The notes under the pieces were generated by a model, which saw only the letters and a list, made by a program, of their open reading frames with translations, was not told the origin of the DNA and ran no database searches. A DNA stretch of 62,734 nucleotides, filler included, from Collodictyon triciliatum (lineage: Eukaryota), in assembly GCA_043381765.1 (NCBI GenBank). It is 5 parts of 4 records of this genome, joined end to end, with 100 filler letters (N's around TTAATTAATTAA, not from the genome) between each part and the next. Parts side by side here need not be neighbours in the genome. Positions count along the whole stretch, not along the records: positions 39,770 to 54,008 come from JBHJMP010001855.1; positions 54,109 to 62,734 come from JBHJMP010001867.1; 3 more parts are not named here. The stretch is one strand, 5' to 3'. Shown piece by piece: positions 48,709 through 62,734 of the stretch (position 1 is the first letter of the stretch; each line of letters starts with the position of its first letter). Position numbers and translations under genes: made by a program.

Positions 48709-49708
48709 TGGGCGCAGGAAGTATTGTTCGTGTCAAAATTAGTCATTTAAATCCCAATGTAAAATGGTGAGAAAACGATTATGGCCAGAGGCTTTTGCAG
48801 TTTGGTGCATCCGCGCTCTGTTTTCAATCACTCATGGTTTAATCAAGTGAGAAATACTAAGACTTTGAAACGATAAAAACTGGTATGTGTTTATATTACG
48901 AAGATTTTAAGGGTTATACCAATGCAAGTTCAATTACGTTCCTTATCATTTCACTATTATGCATATATGCCGCATGCCTGTGTTTGTTTTGGATGAAAAG
49001 GTTGTAAGAAAGTAATTTGGTATGATAGAGAATATCAACTAAAAGTAAAAATAAAAAAATTGGCTCGTCATGAAACTATTTCCCTTCGCACATAACATCA
49101 TACCGCACATATGCTCGATAAAATCATTTCTCTGAAAGAAGCTTTCTCACACAATAATTATATAAGAGAAATCCCAATACCTTCAGTTGTTAGCGAGATA
49201 TGCAGAGAAGGAAGAGAAAGAGAAAAGGCAGAATGTACAGCGACTGTATTAAGGTGGATTGTTTTTGAATACTTTGCGAGAAACGAACTCATGGTTGAGC
49301 GTCGGAAACAACAGCAGGAATGCCTTTGTAGGCTCCAAAGCTGGCGTATTATCATCCGGGCATAACTGTGGTTGCTCTGACTCTCTTTCTCCCTCTCTTT
49401 GGTTGTTTTCTGTTTCTTTTCACTGCTCTGGCCAATTCTGGTTTCATGTCACTTTGCTCTGTGATTCTTCGGTTCAACCCAGCATTTCCGATCAAAAAAA
49501 AAAATATCGCCCTGTCAAAAAAACGAAGAAAAAATAATCGAAAAGAGAAGGAAAGTAGAAAAAGAAAAAAAGGTAAAGTGGTGTTGATATATACTCTATA
49601 GTTAGTATATTGAAAGGAAAAGGAAAAAGGAAAAAGGAGAAACTTAGCATGGCTATTAACTCCTTTTATCGGGAAATCCAAATAAAATAGAAATACAATA
49701 CTTGAGGA

Positions 49709-51304
49709 ATGGGAGTTGAGGGCATCGAAGAGAAACCCCTGGACCAAGTAAAAATGCCAGGACAATCAGAGCTACACGACAGAGATGAGCAGACAGAGCA
49801 AAAAGTCACAGACCCGGATATTCATGAAGCACGAATAAGTTTTCAGGATCCAGATGAGCCTATTAGGGGTAATGAAATGCGGAATAAACCGGGACCAGAG
49901 AATGTATATAGTAACATCGAACAGGATGGAAGTAACGGCGCAGCTCATCAAATATCATGGAATAGCTCGATTAAGCTGGCGCTCATACTATGGTCCAAAG
50001 CTGTATTCAAGATATTGCCAGTATTTTCAGCAAACCTATTATCACTTTGGATTTACTTTGTTCCAGCCATTATGCTCTCTCCAAGTTTACTCACGGTTAT
50101 CAGAGAGATATTTTATGAAAAATTAGGAAATCTTTTGGGTGCATTCTCACTCTGGTCGTCTTTTAGCCTTGCTGCTGTTGAGATTTTCAGCTTCCAGTTC
50201 TCAAAAAATGCCATATTTTATGCCCTTTTACCCGGTTGCATACTGGATAATATCTTCAATTTCTTACTACCATCAAGTATTACGTTCAGCAACCTGTATG
50301 TGATTAATACATTCTTTTGGATCGCAACCGGATTATTTGTGGTCCATAAATCAAGTAAACCCGAGAAAATGGGCCATGTGGAGGAGCAATACTACACCAC
50401 AACAAAAGATGGTTCAGTGTCTGCTTTGCTGAAAGGGTTGATTGCATTCTACATTTTTGTCGGATTCTTTATTTTCAATTTTTTGGTAATATACCTGGAC
50501 TGCTCATTCATTACGCAATTATTTTTCCGATTCATTCTCTTTCCTGTATGTTTCATCTTGTCAAACTGGATACAACTGAAGCTGATAGAAGGTTTGTCGA
50601 AGGAGCATATGGACAAAAGGTTGACTGTGAATAGAATAAGCAATCACTTCATTCAGCTAGTTGGAAGAGTTTTGATTTCGAACATATCCACAGACGGAGC
50701 GCTTTCTTTTGAATTTATCATGGTCAACTTTGCAGCCTCGGTAATTGAAATATTATCGACCTTGTTTTTCGAGAAGAGAATGAAGTATGTTTTTCGACTA
50801 CAAACCTTGGTATCCAATACTCAATCGAAGATTACTCACTTATTAAAATCGAAGAGACTTGCACCCATCGCTCCTGGAGATATGGTGCAAAACTTTCAAG
50901 GGCTGGATAGACGGGCACCGGATAATCAATTGAGTCAAACAGAAAAAGAAGCAAATTTTGTGAAGGAGTCGATTGCATTTAAGGCGAAATATATCTACGA
51001 CAGTATCATATCCGAGTTCTACTCAATTATATTTGCGCCTTTGCTCATGTATTTTGTTCATCCATTGGTAAAAGTATCAAAATTTCAAGTGATTGTAGCA
51101 TTTTCGGAGTGCTTTTATCAAATCATGATACAACTAATCTTTGAGATTTTATCAGACATTTCAACGCTTTCGATCCAAATATATCAAAACCATATCAGCA
51201 ACGATGGATTTGAAAAGTGGAGACCCATTAACAGAGCTATTTTATTTTTATTGTCTATTTTTTGTTTCCTATTGATTATGTTTTCGATAATCTTGTTCTT
51301 TTAA
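49709..51304 (+). CDS. Hypothetical multipass membrane protein (531 aa, intronless)
   Basis: Long ORF with roughly ten hydrophobic segments and a hydrophilic N-terminus. Confidence 0.75.
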   Translation: MGVEGIEEKPLDQVKMPGQSELHDRDEQTEQKVTDPDIHEARISFQDPDEPIRGNEMRNKPGPENVYSNIEQDGSNGAAHQISWNSSIKLALILWSKAVFKILPVFSANLLSLWIYFVPAIMLSPSLLTVIREIFYEKLGNLLGAFSLWSSFSLAAVEIFSFQFSKNAIFYALLPGCILDNIFNFLLPSSITFSNLYVINTFFWIATGLFVVHKSSKPEKMGHVEEQYYTTTKDGSVSALLKGLIAFYIFVGFFIFNFLVIYLDCSFITQLFFRFILFPVCFILSNWIQLKLIEGLSKEHMDKRLTVNRISNHFIQLVGRVLISNISTDGALSFEFIMVNFAASVIEILSTLFFEKRMKYVFRLQTLVSNTQSKITHLLKSKRLAPIAPGDMVQNFQGLDRRAPDNQLSQTEKEANFVKESIAFKAKYIYDSIISEFYSIIFAPLLMYFVHPLVKVSKFQVIVAFSECFYQIMIQLIFEILSDISTLSIQIYQNHISNDGFEKWRPINRAILFLLSIFCFLLIMFSIILFF

Positions 51305-52657
51305 ATAATTCTTTTTTCCTAGTTGTCCTCTTTTCAAAGAAATGGTACCCCAGAATTCATACAGAGCAGTAACAGAATGAAGGAAACTCCCAAAATGCGA
51401 TTCTGGTCAGGAAAATGATTAAATGGAGAACTGAAGATGAATCTTGCTTTTCCTCCTTCCACCTTTATTCGATTCGAGGCTCAAATTAAGGGAGTTTAAA
51501 TATTATATGATTGCTGTCTTTATCTCGTACATGTATGTAATTGGTAGCGATGCATTTCATTGCAAATCACAACACAATCTCTTCCGCTGATGAAAAAAAA
51601 ACTGTGCTCTAGACTTGTCTTCTTTTCTCTTGCCATCCCTCCTGTTCATCTCTTCGTTTTTTTNNNNNNNNNNNNNNNNNNNNNNNNNNNNNNNNNNNNN
51701 NNNNNNNNNNNNNNNNNNNNNNNNNNNNNNNNNNNNNNNNNNNNNNNNNNNNNNNNNNNNNNNNNNNNNNNNNNNNNNNNNNNNNNNNNNNNNNNNNNNN
51801 NNNNNNNNNNNNNNNNNNNNNNNNNNNNNNNNNNNNNNNNNNNNNNNNNNNNNNNNNNNNNNNNNNNNNNNNNNNNNNNNNNNNNNNNNNNNNNNNNNNN
51901 NNNNNNNNNNNNNNNNNNNNNNNNNNNNNNNNNNNNNNNNNNNNNNNNNNNNNNNNNNNNNNNNNNNNNNNNNNNNNNNNNNNNNNNNNNNNNNNNNNNN
52001 NNNNNNNNNNNNNNNNNNNNNNNNNNNNNNNNNNNNNNNNNNNNNNNNNNNNNNNNNNNNNNNNNNNNNNNNNNNNNNNNNNNNNNNNNNNNNNNNNNNN
52101 NNNNNNNNNNNNNNNNNNNNNNNNNNNNNNNNNNNNNNNNNNNNNNNNNNNNNNNNNNNNNNNNNNNNNNNNNNNNNNNNNNNNNNNNNNNNNNNNNNNN
52201 NNNNNNNNNNNNNNNNNNNNNNNNNNNNNNNNNNNNNNNNNNNNNNNNNNNNNNNNNNNNNNNNNNNNNNNNNNNNNNNNNNNNNNNNNNNNNNNNNNNN
52301 NNNNNNNNNNNNNNNNNNNNNNNNNNNNNNNNNNNNNNNNNNNNNNNNNNNNNNNNNNNNNNNNNNNNNNNNNNNNNNNTGCGCCGCATAAGGGCAAATA
52401 GGTTAGTGACGCTTCGCATCTGTGCTTCTTGAAAAAAACCGTGATTAATCTGTGATCCCTGTGATGAATCCTGAGGCGGAATGATCACAAGAAAGCAGAG
52501 GATCCGCACTTGAGAAATCGTGGCGACTGCTGATTTGTACAGACACGCAGGAAACTCCGCCACTGAGCAGAACTGAATCGCGTCGGCCCGAAGCACTGAC
52601 CAACACGTTGCATTTAATATTTTTGCAGGAAGTATAAAAAAGAAAAGGAAAGAAGAA

Positions 52658-53851
52658 ATGCTGTCGACTCTCGTGGCTAAAAAGTCTGCCACAACTGCGC
52701 TTCGCTTGGCTGTTCGTTCTGCCTCTGGAATGGGTTACTCTCAGCTTATTTTTCTTCCTTTTCATCCTTTTTCATCCTTTTTTATCCCATTTGTTTGTCT
52801 CTCGTGGTATTCTTTTCGTTGCTATACGTTCTGTTGGTTTCAGTAGTACTCTACAGAGTCAGTTTCGTAGGGACTCTTTAACGCAGAGTTCTATGTTTTT
52901 GTTCGATCCACTTCCATCAAATATGCCACTTACTTGGTATCAGAGTTCGCTGAAAGAGTCACATGATTTTTCCTTTTGTAAAAACAAATTAAAAAAAAAA
53001 ACAGCAAAATACGACTACAAAGACGCACTGAATCTGGACTCCATGCTTACCGAAGAGGAGCGCTCTGTTTTCAATTCTGTTTGTATTTCTAAGTTCGCTT
53101 CTACGAATACTGCATATATATATACTAAGAAAGCAGGATCACTATACCCACATTCATATGTATCACTCAGTAATGCTACTAACGAACGAGGATAAAAAAA
53201 CAACTTCGCAACAGGTGAACGAATTCTGTCAAACAAAACTGCTTCCCAGAGTCACACGATCATTCCGCGACTGTCACTATGAACCTGAGTTGATGAAGGT
53301 TTCGTTCAACCTGTATAAATATATAAATGCATAGTAATCTGTTGAATACTCTATAGCAATTCAATCCAAATGATATAATCAGCCACAATTAACTTTGGTG
53401 ACTACATTCTAAATGGTTCTTTTTTTTTTAATTCGCCCGTACAAATCATACATTGCCCTTCAGGATTTCGGTCAGATGGGCATGTTAGGTGCCACGATTG
53501 AGGGATATGACTGTCCCGGTGTTTCTTCCGTTGCCTATGGCCTGATCGCCCGCGCTTTGGAGCGGTTCTTTTTTTTTTCTTTTATCTTTTTTTTTTCCAG
53601 CCTCATTATTGTTGAATTGACGGAAGCTAGTATAAACACCTCCCGTCCCTATCTACGCTCTTGATATCAGAAAACAAAATATGCTACTCCCATCATATTT
53701 TCTTATGGCAAAATAATGGCCTAAATTCTTCATCAAATATAGGGTTGACTCGGGATACCGCTCAGCTGTGAGCGTCCAATCGTCCCTTGTCATGCACCCC
53801 ATCCACGCTTTCGGAACAGAGGAGCACCGCAGAAAGTATCTTCCACGATTA
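52658..53851 (+). CDS. GCDH: Glutaryl-CoA dehydrogenase, mitochondrial; 5' part, truncated by gap
   Basis: Transit peptide [10 protein letters not shown]...; [83 protein letters not shown]. Confidence 0.93.
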
Positions 53852-53889
53852 GGTTGGTAAACAATGGTGGCTTTGTGCCAGATATCTCT

Positions 53890-54208
<319 letters not shown>

Positions 54209-54340
54209 TACATCTGCATTAAGTATTTTACTCTTTTTTTTTTATCCAGTGACAATTGTGAATGTTCGTCAAAGAGTAGTACATCTAATGCAACAGTAAA
54301 ACACATATGGCGATGATTTAAGAAGATGGAAAATAGGCAC

Positions 54341-57058
54341 CTCTGGAATGCTTTTTGAGTGCAATGAATTCTTTTCGATGATTTCTGAAAGGGTCTTTTC
54401 AAACGATTTCATGTAAAGTTCCTTTTCCGAAAAGAGCAAAGATTGATATCCAGAAAACTGTTAAAAAACGCATTCGATTTAGAGATGAATATATGTATTT
54501 GATTGCAATATAAAAAGAATAAAATAGTTTCATGTAGTGAATGCATTCAAAAGTAATATCATGAATAAAGATATATACAACCAAAGCCAACATCCCCACG
54601 GTCCTGCACAAAAATTGATAGGAAGAATAAAAAAAAAATAAAGATGTATACATAAGTTTTTCATACAAACCTCTTCAATATTCGGCTTTGTTCGCAAACA
54701 CAGAGCAACATTATCAGTTCTCTGAAATTCCTTAATAAAAGTCTCTATCAGAATGTCCCATCCTAAATGATGTATAAAAAGTATTAAACATTTTAAAAAT
54801 GTCAGATAGTTTTTTTTTAATATATACAATTATATTCGAATTCTTTCTTTTGAAATTTAATGGTGAAAGTAAAGTGCAGCATTCGAAAGGGTTTCCTTCA
54901 GGTAAACAGACTTGTAAGGAGGTACCTTTTCTGTGCTCCCACTTGAAAATAGATAAAAATATAAAAATGTCATCAGGATTTTTCACTTTTCTATCACGCA
55001 AAATATCTCGACAGAAATTGGCGCTTTTTGCCTCTGTTGGAGTTTCTTTTACATTCTCTGGATTAAATACATCTGTATCCACTGATTCAGGAATCTAATG
55101 AATCATACACAGATGATTTCACGATAAAATTTTCTCATCAAATTAAATTCTAAATTTCTTGAGAAGAGTATTTTTTTTTTAAAAAAAAAAAAACAATCAA
55201 AGGGTGAAAGAGCAAGAATTGTGTGTCTTTATATATAACTCACAATAATCAGCTTGCTCGGATGCACTCCAGCCGCGATAAATATATCATAATTGAATCT
55301 GGAAGGAACCCATATCTGATATTTAAACTTGTTACTGATAGAATATTCCTTTAAAGCAGGCCGATAATATGAACAAATAAACTGTGCATGTGCGTTATTA
55401 GTACTGTCTCTTTCAAATTCGAAGGAACCATTCTTAAAAAAATAAACAAATGTATTCTATTGTACACTCACTTCATCCATCTTGTTTAATCTTTCTACCC
55501 ATCCGCTAGGAAGTCGGTCTGTTTCGAACATTGTTCTGTTGATAAAAAAATAATTTTTTTTAGTCAAGGATATAAATTAAAGGCATATGATATAAAAGAG
55601 TGCCTTTTGAATAGCCAGCTAATAATTTCTCTATGTTTGTGACTTGATATACGATTTTTATATTTTCTTCAATTTGTAAATCATTTGGACCTTCCCACTT
55701 TATACATGGCATCTGGAGGCGGACAAAGAGATGTTTCGAACAATGCCGGGTCCCACGCACCAGGTTCACTGTGGCACACGACGATGCTGATATGAGACGG
55801 AAGAGTCATTAATAGTTGTAGTGCTATGTAACGGATAGTAGAGAGAGGATAAATGTGCTATTGAAAGCTGTATATTGTGGCATGGGTATGCAAGTGCCAC
55901 AATCAAAAGGTCATGCCCAGCTGGGTAAAAGATGGCGGAGATGGAATAAGTCTGAATCGTATACGCAGCATCCATTTACCTTTTCGATGCGTGAGTTCTT
56001 GATTGCATCATCTTTATCAGCATAGACTGATGACAAATTAATGGGGGGAAATAAATAGATGGATAACTTGGTGTATGTATGGTTATTCTGATAGGCCAAA
56101 ATCCACATTCAAATAATCAGTTTTCTCTTTAAAAAAAATATGTTTACACAATCACTGGTTCATTTTGCGCTTTCCACGATAACCAATATAGCATTTGCAT
56201 ACTATCGTTTACCAACCTTGGTTTGACCAGGTAAGCCATAATAGAAATGAGGTTTGATAAGGTCTCCGTGTTGGGATATCCGCACCTGAGAAATGGTACA
56301 GCAGCCGGCTTATTAATTTACTAAATACGATTGTATATTTAAATCATGCTATTCTTTGGATGAAAACTGATATAAATTATTACATCGACCCCACTCTGCC
56401 ACAACCCCTGCACAAACTCTATAGCTTCCGTGGCATATCCGCTGCCAGTAAAAAAAGGTCCATGCCACCACACCTGCTGCATAGGATTTTCTGGTTTTGT
56501 CCTGATTATGCCAGTGAGAATGATAATAGGAGCATTTTAATCGTGATAATAACCGCCGAATGCTTAATACAGCGCATTTAGCAGCCAAGCGGTTTTGCAA
56601 TGGGATGGGGATAAATGCATTGGTGGGATTTATTATATAGATTACAATAGCTTATATTGAAGCATACAATATATGTTATAAAAAATAAAAGATAAAAAGA
56701 TAGAATCACGAAAACATAAAACCCATGAAATCATAAAACATACAAATATAAAGAGTTAAAAAAAAATCACAGCAACATAGGAATATGAAAACATAGAAAT
56801 ATAAAGTCACAAGAAGATAAGAAAAAATGATAAACATAAAAGCATACCAACATATGCAACAGAAAAGCATAAATGAGAAATTAGAAAACACTCGGACACC
56901 AGGAAACAAAAGAGCAAAAAGAAGCGAGAATACGAGTTGATAAGAGGCGCCAAACGATCAGTGTTTAAGAATATCAAGAGATTATGACATGAAATCCTAC
57001 ACACTCACCCGAAGCAGCCGCCAATAAAAAAGAGAAAAAGAAACACGCGTCCCTTCAT
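54341..57058 (-). CDS. GT-B (family 4-like) glycosyltransferase with signal peptide, multi-exon, 3' end missing
   Basis: MKGRVFLFLFFIGG signal; WHGPFFTGSGYATEA, RTMFETDRLPSGWVERLNKMDEIWVPS, IPESVDTDVFNP, FIFLSIFKWEHRKGWDILI. Confidence 0.82.
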
Positions 57059-57297
57059 GACTCGAAGCTTGTGTACCTGCCTTACAGAAAGCTTTTCTTC
57101 TTCTCCTATTGCACCCGCCTGACCACCTTCCACCTATTCCTCCCCTCTTTGCTTTCTTTTCTTTCAGTCCTCCTCAAGCAAAGCACATTCATTTACCATT
57201 TCGATTCTCAAGTCGGCATACACGATCTTTGCTTTATCCAAACAGAATCACCCCATTTTGCTTTTTTTTTTTTTTTGCATCTTGCCTTTTTTACCTT

Positions 57298-57337
57298 TTT
57301 ATTATCATTATTATCATTGTTATTATTATTATTATTA

Positions 57338-57368
<31 letters not shown>

Positions 57369-57402
57369 CATCATTATCATTATCATTATTATCATTATTA
57401 TT

Positions 57403-57434
<32 letters not shown>

Positions 57435-57530
57435 CATTATTATTATCATTATTATTATTATCATTATCATTATTATTATCATTATTATTATTATCATTAT
57501 TATTATTATCATTATTATTATTATCATTAT
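57298..57530. repeat. (ATT/ATC)n microsatellite
   Basis: Direct reading. Confidence 0.97.
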
Positions 57531-57537
57531 TTCACTT

Positions 57538-62563
<5,026 letters not shown>

Positions 62564-62734
62564 CTCCCTGTCTTTTCTGTCGGTTTCTTCTGATCTTTTT
62601 CTTCCTCTTTTCTTGTTGCATTTATGTCCAGAATAATATGTTTAAAATTGTTTTTTTTTTGTTTGTTTTGTTTGTTTTGTTTGTTTTGTTTGTTTTGTTT
62701 GTTTTGTTTGTTTTGTTTGTTTTGTTTGTTTTGT

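Overview
Draft eukaryotic (protist-like, intron-rich, microsatellite-rich) assembly. Contigs are joined by four artificial 100-bp N/TTAATTAATTAA linkers, and there are two sized N gaps. The first contig (1-14312) is intronless and gene-dense and encodes a Polinton-like virus/virophage-type element: Polinton-type rve integrase, TVpol (PolA-fold primase/polymerase) fused to an SF3 helicase, A32-like packaging ATPase, probable minor capsid (penton), a phage-like fibre, a ~1580-aa coiled-coil protein and small ORFs. A NUMOD4-HNH gene follows the first linker. No major capsid or protease gene is visible. The element carries its own cis-signals: a fixed-spacing 17-nt motif before six start codons, hairpins at convergent gene 3' ends, a 79-bp direct repeat bracketing the integrase+TVpol module and an origin-like inverted repeat. 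The rest is host genome: GT92 glycosyltransferase, Sec24C/D, class I phosphodiesterase, a small coiled-coil protein, NFX1-type RING/zinc-finger/R3H protein, TmcB/C-like membrane protein, a possible LINE ORF1 relic, an orphan membrane protein, partial glutaryl-CoA dehydrogenase, partial GT4 glycosyltransferase and an AMN1/FBXL-type LRR protein. All family assignments come from motifs read by eye; no database search was run, and spliced gene boundaries are approximate.
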